Shown piece by piece: positions 9,901 to 20,271 of a stretch of 64,000 nucleotides of DNA; position 1 is the first letter of the stretch, and the number at the start of each line of letters is the position of its first letter. The stretch spans positions 3,580 to 67,579 of the IMG/VR virus record IMGVR_UViG_3300033562_000691, one strand, 5' to 3'. The DNA is from a virus. Its lineage: Duplodnaviria > Caudoviricetes. Below the pieces are notes generated by a model. That model was given only the letters and a program-made list of their open reading frames with translations. It was not told the origin of the DNA and did not search any database. The translations under genes and the position numbers were made by a program.

Positions 9901-12900
9901 TTCACAAATATGCTGGATGTACTTAGTACATCCGGAAGTGTATTCGCACATAACTCCCAAGATCCAAGTTGTCCATCATTTGCAACTATTGCTGTGTATA
10001 TCTTATCACTGTATGTATTCGTTCCTGATGTGTATCCGCCAATGACATATATTCTATTAGCTGTAGTTAATACGGCAAAGTCTTCAAGTGCCACTGGAAG
10101 TGCATTTTCTGTAACCCATGTGGTAATTGATCCACTTGAATCCAGAACAGAGGAATAAACTGACACGATAGAAGTACTTCCATTATTACCTCCAATGGAA
10201 AATACCTTACCGCGAATAGAACAAATTCCATTCTTGTGTATATTCAACGGAAATGCTCCGTCTACAGTCCATCCTAATATGGCACCTGACTGAGATGCAT
10301 TAAATTTCTGATGACTATGTGGATTAGCATTCTGGTATGTGTATATATCGTTTGTAATACGCTTAAATCCATAAACATCCTCTGTGTAGTCATTCTTGCC
10401 ACCGGAAAATGGAATTGAATAAATTTTACATGATGGGGCCGCATATTTTACCGTAGGATTCACATAGTAAATCCTACTAGATGTTATAGCAAAGGAGCCG
10501 CCATTCATAGTTGACGGCATAGCAATGCCGGTATTGGTCATATATCCGGGAACTACTTCATCATCAACTATGCCAACAGAATGTAATGCCAGAGGGCTTA
10601 TACACGTTGATTCTGACTCATATATTGGTGAAAAATAGGCATTATCTCCGGCCCGAAAAGTGCTAAAAAGAATATTTGTAGTGTTTTGTGTGTCTAGTCT
10701 TGTTGGGTACTCTCTAAAATTTTCAATTATTCCAGTAGATCTATCAATAACAGCCTCTCTAAATGTTCTGCTATTTATGAATGAGGGAGACGTTACTGAA
10801 CCTACATATGAAGGACCACACGCCAAATAAAAATTGCGATTAGTCTTAACTATGTTATCTCCTCTGTGTTTTCCAATTGGAAAACCCAGTTTTCTTGAAG
10901 AAAACTTCATTTCAGATAATGTGTAGTCTTCCAGTATCTTAAAGTATCCTATGTATGTATCATATGAACTTATCCATGGGATATAATATATATATCCATT
11001 AAATTCAAATAACAGAGATGAAGATCCTGAAGCAGTACCCAATGGTTGTATTAGTGTAGGATTGGCTAAATCACCATTATCTTTAATATCATACCTATAC
11101 AAACCTCTCGCATCTGAAACACCCTCAATATCCCCAAATAGGTATACATAAGGGCCTATTACCATTGGAGCACACGACGAAAATGGATAAAACTCACCTT
11201 CTGAAAGAGATACGGATGAAAGCTCAGACCATCCTCCTAAGTCACCATTTGCGTCTATTGTCGATCTGTGTACTGTGCGGATAGCTGTGTTAGTATGATT
11301 ATATCCAAATGCGTACATATAATTTTTTACTAGACATACCCCATAAAATTGTATATCGGATGGAGTAGTTCCATACTGTGTAAATGCACCAGCCACCAGA
11401 TTAAAATTATTAGGTTGATGGTTCCACGGGTTAGAATTTCCATTATACAGGTATGGAGGCTCCTCATTGTCTACCATCCTACAATCAGAAATCAACTCAC
11501 CGCTCAGAGAAGCATCCGCACATTTGACATCTACGCTTATTACCCCTGTGTATGTTGGCGTATCACACAGCGTACTAGAGTACACCTCCAATAAATCATA
11601 ATAATCCAGTACACGATCATGGAATTTTATTCCACTAAGTTTATGTATAAGTCTGTACGAATCACCTCTATTCATCCCCACAAATAATGTGCTACTGCCA
11701 TAATTATAATAAGGCTGATAGTAGTAAGTTGCACTCCATGCACGATAAATACAATGATCATATAGTATGGCTGCCGCTGTCCAAGTTGTGCCTTTATGCA
11801 AAGTTCCTTTGGCTACCTGTAGTGTATTCCACCCACCAACAGCAGGTTGCACATTTATATTACTGGATACACCGTTATCATTAATCAGGTATGCTAGATA
11901 TGTCCCGGTTGTACTTATACTAAATGCCGTTGCTGAATTAGCAACCCCAAATACGGGGTTGCCAGAGTATGTGCTAGATATACTTAAAGAATTGGTATTA
12001 AATTCATAATACCCATCAAATACTAGACTGAAATCAACACAGACCTTGGTTCGTAGTATTGAGTTCTCCAAATTTATACTGCAAGTTGAGTATCCATCAA
12101 ATTTTAAAGACCCATGGGGATCTAACTGTGGACCAGAATCTTGAGTAATTGACTTATAATTTAAAGCGTGCCCACTCCTAGCAGATCCAAATTCATATCT
12201 GCATATATCATTTCCTGTGTATGTGCCATTAGTACCTGTAAGAGCGGTAAAGAATTCAGATAGGTCACTGTCCTCTATGCCACAGCTATCAGAAAGCCGT
12301 AAGCATAAGGGAACATTATGTACAAATGAATCAACTGTGCCAGCTGGAATTGTGAACAAAACTGTTCCCACACCATCAAAGGAATATGTACCAAGAGTGT
12401 CATCTAAAGATTTTCCTATAAGTTTCAAGGACTCTCCAGATATACTAGATTCTAAAAATAATATCTCAGAGATACTACCATCCATATACCCTGAATCGGC
12501 AGCATCCCTGCCTATATACATAGGTGTGTTGTATCCAGAGTTTATTTTTTTACCAGATCCAGCCGCTACATCAGAATTTATATAATTATGAATGGCCTTG
12601 ATAGAATCTATAGCGGCTTCCCCATTATACATAAATCCAGTGATGTTCCAAGCCCCTGCTGTTATAGTGGGAGAATCTATTTGTCCAATGATGGTATTAT
12701 CAGAATCGAATAAAGAAAAATGTAATTTAGCATCTGCCCCTAACTCAATATTAATCTGACGATTTGTCATAGAATCTGTAGATATATCTATAATAGTGCA
12801 TGGATTTAATGTATCTATAGAGTATACTAAAATAATAGAACACTTATCCATGCTTTCAATTACAGGATATGGAACTTGCACATACTCATCCACTCCATTA

Positions 12901-15347
12901 AGATTGAAGTATGTGCCATATTCTCCGGATGCAAAATTGCTAGAATCTACACCAAAAAATGTTCCATCCAGTTTTCCATGAGCACTGTCCAATAACACAG
13001 ACGGTAAATTTGCGTGATACGCTGCTATCCCATGTGTCCCCCAAACTTCCCTAGCGTTATTAGTGCCACTTAGTCCACATAAGGTACTTCTACGGATTTC
13101 TGCCTTAATAACTGTATCCTCGAAAGGGGAAACAATAGGAACATTCACCCAAACCACTGCAGAATTAGTATCAAAATCGTAGGAAACAACTTCCGCATTC
13201 ACCTCTGCCCCATTTATAGAATACGTTATAGCATCGAATGGGTTTGTGCTCTTATATTCTAATGTATTTTTTTCTGCTATAACTATATCGTACACTTCTC
13301 CTATGAAGAATTCTTTATTCCCCGTAGTTCCTGATACTGGAGACCCTGTTATAGCAGCACCAACAGACTCGTGGCCAGTGCTATTGGAAATAGTTAAACT
13401 ATTTACCTTAGTATCCAACAGCGTGTCAAATTCATCATAGAGGTATACATTTCCATCGGTCATTACAAATTTATATATGACGCCAACTATACAAACAGGG
13501 GTAAGTACCACGGATGTCAATGTACCTGAATTCCTAGAATATAAAACTACATTCCCTGTTGTATTCAAGCCTACAGCAAGTCCGGTAGTATTATTCCCAG
13601 ATTTCCATATACACTGAACAGCCCCGATGGAATTTGGAATAAATTTTATGTAAATATCAATATTGGATTCATCAAAAACATTACTGGTGGCATCTACCGT
13701 GGTTATGTTATCTCCGCGCCATAGGAAACTATTTGCAGATCCATCAAATACTATTCTGTTATTGTAATATTTTATTCCAGAAATAGATACATATTGGTAA
13801 TCTCTAGCCAATTTATTCCCTAGATTACCGTTACACATAGGCATATCTAGTATAAGATTTTGTTGATGTGCATTAGTTATAAGACCAAGTTTAGTTGCCA
13901 ATCCATACTTGTCACCATCTGCTGTTGCTGCCATTGCTCCAGGAGTTTGCAGCGCATCCACATCAACGTCAATTTCACACAGACCTGCATTTCTATCATT
14001 GCCGCATGCGCCTTCCAGAGAAATACTCTTATGCACTGACTCTATGTTGTTTATTTTAGTTGTTGGTGCATAGTACAATAAGGAAGAATCATTTGGATTT
14101 ATTTTTGAAAATTCAGATATAGATAATGCCCTATCAAACACATGAACAGATTGAATATATTGGGTAGGTAGATCTGAAACATCTGTATGAGCACCTGGAA
14201 TAATTTCTAATATGGGTTTCGGATTACCATAAACAGAAGTGGATAAGTTCCTAGTAAATAGTAGTGTACCATCCACATAGAATGAATGTGCCCCATTATT
14301 TACAATGATTACCAACTGCGAATTGCCCCATGCGTACTGAGAAGATCCAAGATAGGCTCCGTTATTTGAGTATGTGGAATAGTCACCATAGTAAAATATG
14401 GCATATATATAATAGTTAGTTATGTATACCAGCAAATGGTCAGATATACGTAATATTGTAGCACGCGCACTACCTGACCACCTACTAAACGACCCATTTA
14501 CTACTATTGTTCGCGCTGCCCCTGTTCTTGGGACAATCACACCTGTATTAAAATACGCAGAATCTCCAGCAGCAGCTTGTGCTGATCTTAATCTATTTCC
14601 CTGATACAAAGAGGAATACTTACCAGAGTATCCTTGTGTGTACGACTTAACTGATCCGATTCCTTCTGCAAAATCATATGCTGCTAATAATGATCCATCT
14701 AAGAATGGATCATTATTTAACAGTGACCCATTCTTTGGAACCTTAACTGACCTACCATCAGTAGATATGTTGTACCGGCTAGTTCTACTTGTAGAATTGT
14801 ATGCATGTCCTATGTTATTTTTACATTTCCTTGGAATAGGCAGTACTGTATTGTCTTTTTTAATCCTGCCATCTTTTAATGTAGTAAATTCCCACTCATC
14901 TGGAATATATCTATACAAATTCTCATGGGACACTCTGTAATTAAAATTACAAAGGCTTGCATTTTTCTTATATATTAACGGAATATGCAACGCTAAATCA
15001 TACCGTTCTGCATCTTCCAAACGGTCTGTGAATTCAGGACCATGTTCAGTTTCTTCCACACATAGAGACATACGATCATAAGATTCAGCAAAGTGTGTTC
15101 CAGTTTCATCTACTCTGGTAAGTAACAGGGATTCATCTGGGACAGTGGCATGCCTTATAGTATAATCACCATTATCTTCCCACACATAGGAGGATAATAA
15201 TTCACCATCAAATTTATTGTATAATAGTAAGATTTGTCTCCCTGTACCCGGATCAGCATTTATATGTCCGCTGATTTTTCCTTTATACAGCGCATTTTCA
15301 AATCGCTCACCAACAAAATCAAAAAGAATACGAGTATCACCAAACAT
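6933..15347 (-). CDS. Giant (2804 aa) tail fibre/adhesin: adaptor + LamG/ConA-like + DUF2341-like + three Kelch-like propeller modules
   Basis: VVSYDFDTNSAVVWVNVP (DUF2341-like), FNLNGVDEYVQVP...MDGSISEI (LamG-like), many [IL]Y[VL][IF]GG Kelch-like blades, three PW/H-x-x-Q-x-x-FN...GG-x-x-[DS]Y framed modules. Confidence 0.8.
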   Translation of the reverse strand: MFGDTRILFDFVGERFENALYKGKISGHINADPGTGRQILLLYNKFDGELLSSYVWEDNGDYTIRHATVPDESLLLTRVDETGTHFAESYDRMSLCVEETEHGPEFTDRLEDAERYDLALHIPLIYKKNASLCNFNYRVSHENLYRYIPDEWEFTTLKDGRIKKDNTVLPIPRKCKNNIGHAYNSTSRTSRYNISTDGRSVKVPKNGSLLNNDPFLDGSLLAAYDFAEGIGSVKSYTQGYSGKYSSLYQGNRLRSAQAAAGDSAYFNTGVIVPRTGAARTIVVNGSFSRWSGSARATILRISDHLLVYITNYYIYAIFYYGDYSTYSNNGAYLGSSQYAWGNSQLVIIVNNGAHSFYVDGTLLFTRNLSTSVYGNPKPILEIIPGAHTDVSDLPTQYIQSVHVFDRALSISEFSKINPNDSSLLYYAPTTKINNIESVHKSISLEGACGNDRNAGLCEIDVDVDALQTPGAMAATADGDKYGLATKLGLITNAHQQNLILDMPMCNGNLGNKLARDYQYVSISGIKYYNNRIVFDGSANSFLWRGDNITTVDATSNVFDESNIDIYIKFIPNSIGAVQCIWKSGNNTTGLAVGLNTTGNVVLYSRNSGTLTSVVLTPVCIVGVIYKFVMTDGNVYLYDEFDTLLDTKVNSLTISNSTGHESVGAAITGSPVSGTTGNKEFFIGEVYDIVIAEKNTLEYKSTNPFDAITYSINGAEVNAEVVSYDFDTNSAVVWVNVPIVSPFEDTVIKAEIRRSTLCGLSGTNNAREVWGTHGIAAYHANLPSVLLDSAHGKLDGTFFGVDSSNFASGEYGTYFNLNGVDEYVQVPYPVIESMDKCSIILVYSIDTLNPCTIIDISTDSMTNRQINIELGADAKLHFSLFDSDNTIIGQIDSPTITAGAWNITGFMYNGEAAIDSIKAIHNYINSDVAAGSGKKINSGYNTPMYIGRDAADSGYMDGSISEILFLESSISGESLKLIGKSLDDTLGTYSFDGVGTVLFTIPAGTVDSFVHNVPLCLRLSDSCGIEDSDLSEFFTALTGTNGTYTGNDICRYEFGSARSGHALNYKSITQDSGPQLDPHGSLKFDGYSTCSINLENSILRTKVCVDFSLVFDGYYEFNTNSLSISSTYSGNPVFGVANSATAFSISTTGTYLAYLINDNGVSSNINVQPAVGGWNTLQVAKGTLHKGTTWTAAAILYDHCIYRAWSATYYYQPYYNYGSSTLFVGMNRGDSYRLIHKLSGIKFHDRVLDYYDLLEVYSSTLCDTPTYTGVISVDVKCADASLSGELISDCRMVDNEEPPYLYNGNSNPWNHQPNNFNLVAGAFTQYGTTPSDIQFYGVCLVKNYMYAFGYNHTNTAIRTVHRSTIDANGDLGGWSELSSVSLSEGEFYPFSSCAPMVIGPYVYLFGDIEGVSDARGLYRYDIKDNGDLANPTLIQPLGTASGSSSLLFEFNGYIYYIPWISSYDTYIGYFKILEDYTLSEMKFSSRKLGFPIGKHRGDNIVKTNRNFYLACGPSYVGSVTSPSFINSRTFREAVIDRSTGIIENFREYPTRLDTQNTTNILFSTFRAGDNAYFSPIYESESTCISPLALHSVGIVDDEVVPGYMTNTGIAMPSTMNGGSFAITSSRIYYVNPTVKYAAPSCKIYSIPFSGGKNDYTEDVYGFKRITNDIYTYQNANPHSHQKFNASQSGAILGWTVDGAFPLNIHKNGICSIRGKVFSIGGNNGSTSIVSVYSSVLDSSGSITTWVTENALPVALEDFAVLTTANRIYVIGGYTSGTNTYSDKIYTAIVANDGQLGSWELCANTLPDVLSTSSIFVNASCVYLFGGKDDNGFTDSCYRAKLNDAGELGVWTIYGKNAPYAASGNGVFVVGEFLYFCGGDTASGVTDAVYRARVLCSGELGPWNANNIPLPKKLTGAVYITSKNNLYIYGGKDDTGNPNIGSYIVDISNTIEDPISVYSTHNNGPNTYFHTNALITSSKLYFIGGHNGSTVLDNVYSVGYQGGLDSYEVMVQSKNVHVQQITGIGDPWYNQSKFNTVQTSALTGWSSAPTVLPNVLGGGTSAVIGSKVFIFGGNDAVGPSTSIYTATIDEFGDVGQFSVHSSALPVTLMKSRAFIFNGCVYLVGGFISDAYGELSNTSDIYYSKIIDGDIGVDWIRMENAIPGGFSRMAGGVVFVNDGSTLDGFTTYVYGSSVEIINGWIRLWPTASSSSGIEGANAYTTDIYSAANSRYAIRMKWKCLDSTYWFDDDNTDARNYIALIPETVDFLTTSQPWSFAQPSTYAMVCQLRSSKSNVITIGNTNYPFVYTTNKEYVIDISVNTDTGLCDLWVDSVYIGSGVTEDIPTTFRFCWHWHSFANASRAPQYYKDIEIRTMFIVSPYKPSFAYDYYSNSSCFYNGKLYIVNNKDMYIFNSSALSVYNRYTTYKLPVDNSCAVVFARRGRIYVLGGCETTECYCIRLDAMGEPVETRAQESIPVQLRKSSVVVTDTCIFVIGGLVIDSGITTVVYYSVFDSDGNLGVFGTTESIPSPRLDAIPVVTSNKMYLIGGYDGTDVLDSSISIPFSGGLNDYTEMHDVIEEETPTVDPVRFNIWYSVCIDGKTYKVVNESGSIHSIASSDSTVHGGTEGDFYYYDEPDAMWRFANTVDIQGAISKALEFPNNRMKKDKIKTNGLLVGQTIQDTTKLHIAASMDSDDTISPYVYRIEINRDQAIMISYDYPVYQYCDIITQTKWTFPVLEPFAHVWDTFLATTKVYCKLTTDTTWTLCTDESIPILPVGTVTAGKNIHFRIILDKTALDFVECAISIFVNIQ

Positions 15348-16299
15348 TACGGAACCCCTTTCCTATTTTAATTGCAACTGTGCAGGCATATTCAGCGGTG
15401 GTGCCCGCATATGTAAAATTCGCAGAAAGTGAACTAAAGCCTGCATATGAATATAAGAATAACAAACTTCCACCATCGTTAGTTGGCATTTCCCATGGAA
15501 ATCTATCTAATGACAATGGGATTGATATGTTTCGACTTAAAGATACTAAATTCAGGCCAGGATACATTCCAATAGCACAATTATATGCAGAATCGTTGTA
15601 TATTATGTTACTTAAACTATAAACCCCATTAATTGTATTCTTACCCAACAAAGGTGGTACTCCAATAGACATATAATTTGGAGTCAAATATGTAGCCCCT
15701 CTGGTTTTCAACGGATTGCGCAATAAAAAATAACACATATTTCCATTAGCACCGCCAGCAACATTACTAATCATTGATGTAGAATTCGGATACATAAGAG
15801 AGAAATTGAATTTGTTTGACACGTCAAACAAATTCATAGCCCCCACATACTCATTCGTAAAAAATAAATAGTACCCTTTTGCTGCTGCAGTGGAGAAATA
15901 AAAGCCAGCTTCATCCCCTGCTATTATCCACGGTATTAATTCCCCTGTATTATATGGATATGCATACATACATTTATGTATGTATGCGTTTGCACCATCT
16001 GGTTTTTTTTCAACTCCATTATCTATGTCATACATAGAACTATAAACATGCATGTATGCATATCTATCTGATACATCATGTATCCTAATAAATGGACGGA
16101 CATACCCCATATAACTAGGACGAAATACTACTTTATCTGTCCCATTATAAAAAACACCTTCCCACCCCAAAGAAGCAGTGGAGCCATACCCATTAACTAA
16201 AACAGCCTGCAATACAGCGCACAATGATGAAGTATTAGCCCGTAACTGAGGAGCACCCTCATCCGTGCTCTTAAATATCCTACTTGTTCCAAAAGCCAT
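15337..16299 (-). CDS. Tail structural protein (fibre base/adaptor family)
   Basis: FKSTDEGAPQL...SLCAVLQAVLVNGYG...GW N-terminus, characteristic of the protein that follows the large tail protein in this type of module. Confidence 0.7.
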   Translation of the reverse strand: MAFGTSRIFKSTDEGAPQLRANTSSLCAVLQAVLVNGYGSTASLGWEGVFYNGTDKVVFRPSYMGYVRPFIRIHDVSDRYAYMHVYSSMYDIDNGVEKKPDGANAYIHKCMYAYPYNTGELIPWIIAGDEAGFYFSTAAAKGYYLFFTNEYVGAMNLFDVSNKFNFSLMYPNSTSMISNVAGGANGNMCYFLLRNPLKTRGATYLTPNYMSIGVPPLLGKNTINGVYSLSNIIYNDSAYNCAIGMYPGLNLVSLSRNISIPLSLDRFPWEMPTNDGGSLLFLYSYAGFSSLSANFTYAGTTAEYACTVAIKIGKGFRNVW

Positions 16300-16310
16300 A
16301 TCAACACCTC

Positions 16311-19300
16311 TCAGGCCGAATCGCCACGCATCTGAAATTCATAAGAATCCGCCGGTAATGTAGGCGGTGCTTGTAATGTAGTCCTCACAAATGAGAATGG
16401 ATAATTTGCGGCATCTGTATTAAAACGTATGCAGTTACCAGCAGACCACCCCAATCCAAAACCATCCTCATGCATCTGCCAATAAACCTCACCGGTCAAA
16501 GGGTTTTCCACTGACACTATGCCATTTACCCATCCAGTTTTAGACACACCGGATGCAAGTACACCGAGATGCTCCCCAACTATATCGAATGTAGTAGATG
16601 TTACAAATCGGATCATCCATCTCTCTTTCACTGCACCATTATTTTTAACAGTTATGGGAAAATTCACAAAATCATACTTCGCTAAAGGCTGACTTCCAAT
16701 CAGATCATCAGACCATGTACCAGTCCATGACGATTGAACAAATTCATTATACGCCCTAGCTTGCAAATCACCACAAGGAAGAACAGATGAAACCATGGTT
16801 TCATTGGCAGGGTAGTCATGTGTTAATGGATTTGTTATTCCAATATGCCCAGTAATCTGTACATCTGATGCAAGGGCCATGTCCTCTATGCGATGCAATG
16901 CGTAGAAAGGCTGCGTATATCCGACAAAGTTTGCGGTAGGTGCGAAAGTAACAGTCCCTGCGGTGAGGTCAACAGAATAGTTAGCAGAAAGTCCATTCAT
17001 TTCTGGATAATACAACCCGGTCGAATCATACACCTCAATTAAATCCAATCCCTGCCTTGTGAGATTGTATGCTTCTCCGGCTACAGCAGGATTTGGAAGA
17101 TTCTGCTTTATTGTATGATGAATCAAAACAATGTAACCGTCCCTGAATATTGGAACACGCCCATCCATAGGAAGCCGTACTGGATCAAGACCCAAAAGGT
17201 CAGCGTCCAAAGGAAGATATGTTGTTACAACGCAGTTGATCAGTACAGTAGATGCCCGTACAGAATATGGCTTCCATACTTTACCAGTTCCTGTATCTTT
17301 CTCTGCTCCTGCATACCACTCTGGCCAGTCTTCCTCGGGTAAACCCGACCACGTGTCAGTCAACCATGTACCAAAGGCTACACGCGCCACGCCGGTGCTA
17401 AAGTCAATCTTGCCGAGTACTCCATCGCCAATGATATCTCCAGTGAAATTACTTACCCCTTGAATAACAGCTCCTGTACCAAGGGTAGCGCGTATACTGA
17501 GTGAACCGGGAACCAAAGGTGCTCCCGGTGTACGGAATACCATTAATTGCACTGGATCAATAGCAGTGGTTCCGACACAGGACTTGACAGAAATGGTACG
17601 CCCGACCACGTTAATATCAGTGATTGTGGCAATTCTATTAATGTAGTCCACTGTTCCACATTCTAAGCCAGACCCAGACACACCATTAATTGAATGGAAT
17701 AATTTTCCATTGCCCATATCTCTGATCCAGTAACTTCCGCACAAGAATCCAAGAGAACCGGGTATAATTTCAAGGTTAGAATTACGTTTAATGTAAAATC
17801 GTTTTGGAATATTCGTGTAGTAGCTCGCTGTATTAGCTCCATCCGTGCAACGATACCAGCATTTAATAATCCCATCTGTAGGCCAAATAGACGCAGCGGG
17901 ACGGTAATCAATGGAGTGGAATACAAATTCACGAAGCTCTACATGATTTTCGTCAAAGAGTCCTGTTTTTCTCCAAATGTACCGTGTGATCGGAAAAGTT
18001 CCTTTCCGATCTGGCATCAAATGAACTTCGCCTGTTATGTAGTTCAGAGTGGACGGAATCCAGTTAGTTGTGCCATCGTTGCGTTCATTCTCGAAGACCC
18101 CTAGTGTGTCATCAAAGAAAATATGCGTGGGATCAATATGTCTGCGCATACCAGAAGTTCCATCGTACTCTTCTTGATCGGTATGCCATTCAATTTTAAA
18201 CGTACCGGGAACAATAGGAGTATTAGTGAGATAAAAAGTAACACGCCCAGTTTGCTCACGAATTGGATTAAATTCTTCGGCATACGTGTCTCCATAAGAA
18301 TAGCGAATCCAAAAACTTTCAGCAGAATTTGGAGATACCATCACCGCAGTAACTTTGAATTCTACATCACCTGTAGCGTATGCAATCTTACCTACTTTTG
18401 TCGCTGTTACTCCCCAGACCTCTTCAACCTTTGTGCCTATAACAATATTGCCCTCTCCATCATCCATTACGGCAGATGTGTCAGAGGCCCACGAACAAAT
18501 GAAGGTATTACGGGCAACACCCTCATCCATTGTTTTGAACTTGTATTCCAATGGAATAACATCGCCCGCCAGATCGTAGTACGGTGCATTTTTAGCCCAG
18601 AAGAGCATGACCATACTTCCAGCGTCAGGCATTGCACCAAACGTCAAGGATACAGAACCAGTGATAAAATTCACCTGTCCTGATCCAATAGAAATATCTC
18701 CACCCCGCAATGCACCATCACCGCGATCTTTTAGTGAATACCACTTCCCTCCAGAGAGGTAGTCAACACGCAATGTGCCTCTTTTCGGAATAGGATCACA
18801 ATTGTAAGTGTACACAAATCCACGGTTATTCACTTCAATCTGAATACCGCCTGTACAAGCAACTTCTGTAGGCTCGCAGGCAGGGATGTACGTTGCCGTT
18901 CCTGTGCCAGTCAGATTCCCACTGATGTTAGTAAAAATAATTATCCCGGTGGAATATGTAACAGATCCAACGATGGTGCCTGAATTGAGTATATTCCCTG
19001 CCCCGTCATCGCTCAAGGTTATACCGCCAGCCCATTCAAAGGAGCCGGGCAGAATGCCTTCACCAAGATATAACTTAGAATTAGTGGTGATATTGTAGGC
19101 TAACTGCCGACTTACTTTGACGGATACATTTGGAACAAATGTAACTTCTCCATCTACCTCAGTAGAACCAGAAACATTGCTATTGAACACAATATCTCCA
19201 GTCTCATAATCAATTGATCCTACGACTATAGCCCCACCTTGATATACTACACCATTGTTATCTGTGTAGGTATATCCACCCCACACCCCGCTAAGTGTTG

Positions 19301-20270
19301 TTGGTACTATAGCTTTTCCAAGCTCCAATGTGCTCTTATCCGCAAAGATGAATGTATAATTTACAGTTATTGGATCAGTGGTGGATATTACTTCATTCGT
19401 CTGCACCATTGGATTTACAGCTTGGCCCACTCCTGCATCGGTTATGGCAGTTTGCGATTGCGCCGATGGAACGAGCGGAGCATTGATTGAATCTACCCTT
19501 ATTTGTAATTCACCTGTACTGGCCGCTTCTTTGAGTGCTGCTACTCCATAGTAGCGTGAAGCATCGGCAGCAACCGTTGTGTATATGCGGCACTCTTGAT
19601 TGGTATTTCCATAGTTTACGCCAGCACCCTCCCAAAATATCTCCTCTCCGATGAAATCATAGATAAGGGCTTCTCCGATATCCAATGTTATAATCTTTTT
19701 GAAATATGTAACATTGGAATTGTATATGAACTCTTTTATCTCTTCGGATACGCCAGTGACCCGTACAAACTGTTCTTTTTGCCCTGCTGTTCCCTCACCA
19801 GATAGAAGCACAATTACTTCACCTACCTCTGGGGCAGATGTGCTCTTGTGTGTATGTAAGCTGAGTTTCTTGGTTCCAAGTGGGTGGTTGCCCCACAATG
19901 CTGCCTGATACAGAGGTCCACGTACAAGATATGATTCAATACGAGCACGCGCTTCTTTCCGGGTATCAAACCAATCTTCAGTGGAGAAAAAACAAACCGA
20001 TACATTTGGATCATCTGCATTCTTGGTTAATGCTGCATGTGCTCCATAATAGGTTTGTTGTCCTACTGTCTGTACTGCAAGAAATGCTTTACGAATACTT
20101 ACACGGCCATAGACACGATCAAGTCGAGAAATATCAGGGAAAAGCTCATTGATGGCCCCAGATATAACTTCTGCGCTTGTCCCGCCTATCATCTGCCCGC
20201 CGCCCTGTGTTGTATCGTCAAGGCGTTGCGATTTCATCAACTTGATGTCACTTTTATTAAGATCAGCCAT
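16311..20270 (-). CDS. Large tail-tip structural protein (1319 aa)
   Basis: DIKLMKSQRLDDTTQGGG...LFPDISRLDRVYGRVSIRK and LGLDPVRLPMDGRVPIFR motifs of a widespread siphovirus tail protein family. Confidence 0.75.
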   Translation of the reverse strand: MADLNKSDIKLMKSQRLDDTTQGGGQMIGGTSAEVISGAINELFPDISRLDRVYGRVSIRKAFLAVQTVGQQTYYGAHAALTKNADDPNVSVCFFSTEDWFDTRKEARARIESYLVRGPLYQAALWGNHPLGTKKLSLHTHKSTSAPEVGEVIVLLSGEGTAGQKEQFVRVTGVSEEIKEFIYNSNVTYFKKIITLDIGEALIYDFIGEEIFWEGAGVNYGNTNQECRIYTTVAADASRYYGVAALKEAASTGELQIRVDSINAPLVPSAQSQTAITDAGVGQAVNPMVQTNEVISTTDPITVNYTFIFADKSTLELGKAIVPTTLSGVWGGYTYTDNNGVVYQGGAIVVGSIDYETGDIVFNSNVSGSTEVDGEVTFVPNVSVKVSRQLAYNITTNSKLYLGEGILPGSFEWAGGITLSDDGAGNILNSGTIVGSVTYSTGIIIFTNISGNLTGTGTATYIPACEPTEVACTGGIQIEVNNRGFVYTYNCDPIPKRGTLRVDYLSGGKWYSLKDRGDGALRGGDISIGSGQVNFITGSVSLTFGAMPDAGSMVMLFWAKNAPYYDLAGDVIPLEYKFKTMDEGVARNTFICSWASDTSAVMDDGEGNIVIGTKVEEVWGVTATKVGKIAYATGDVEFKVTAVMVSPNSAESFWIRYSYGDTYAEEFNPIREQTGRVTFYLTNTPIVPGTFKIEWHTDQEEYDGTSGMRRHIDPTHIFFDDTLGVFENERNDGTTNWIPSTLNYITGEVHLMPDRKGTFPITRYIWRKTGLFDENHVELREFVFHSIDYRPAASIWPTDGIIKCWYRCTDGANTASYYTNIPKRFYIKRNSNLEIIPGSLGFLCGSYWIRDMGNGKLFHSINGVSGSGLECGTVDYINRIATITDINVVGRTISVKSCVGTTAIDPVQLMVFRTPGAPLVPGSLSIRATLGTGAVIQGVSNFTGDIIGDGVLGKIDFSTGVARVAFGTWLTDTWSGLPEEDWPEWYAGAEKDTGTGKVWKPYSVRASTVLINCVVTTYLPLDADLLGLDPVRLPMDGRVPIFRDGYIVLIHHTIKQNLPNPAVAGEAYNLTRQGLDLIEVYDSTGLYYPEMNGLSANYSVDLTAGTVTFAPTANFVGYTQPFYALHRIEDMALASDVQITGHIGITNPLTHDYPANETMVSSVLPCGDLQARAYNEFVQSSWTGTWSDDLIGSQPLAKYDFVNFPITVKNNGAVKERWMIRFVTSTTFDIVGEHLGVLASGVSKTGWVNGIVSVENPLTGEVYWQMHEDGFGLGWSAGNCIRFNTDAANYPFSFVRTTLQAPPTLPADSYEFQMRGDSA

Positions 20271-20271
20271 G

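Noticed and set aside
7650-11437. Diversity-generating retroelement target in the adhesin repeats
   Set aside because: No reverse transcriptase in the window and no near-identical template/variable repeat pair with adenine-specific differences. The modules are old, diverged duplicates.
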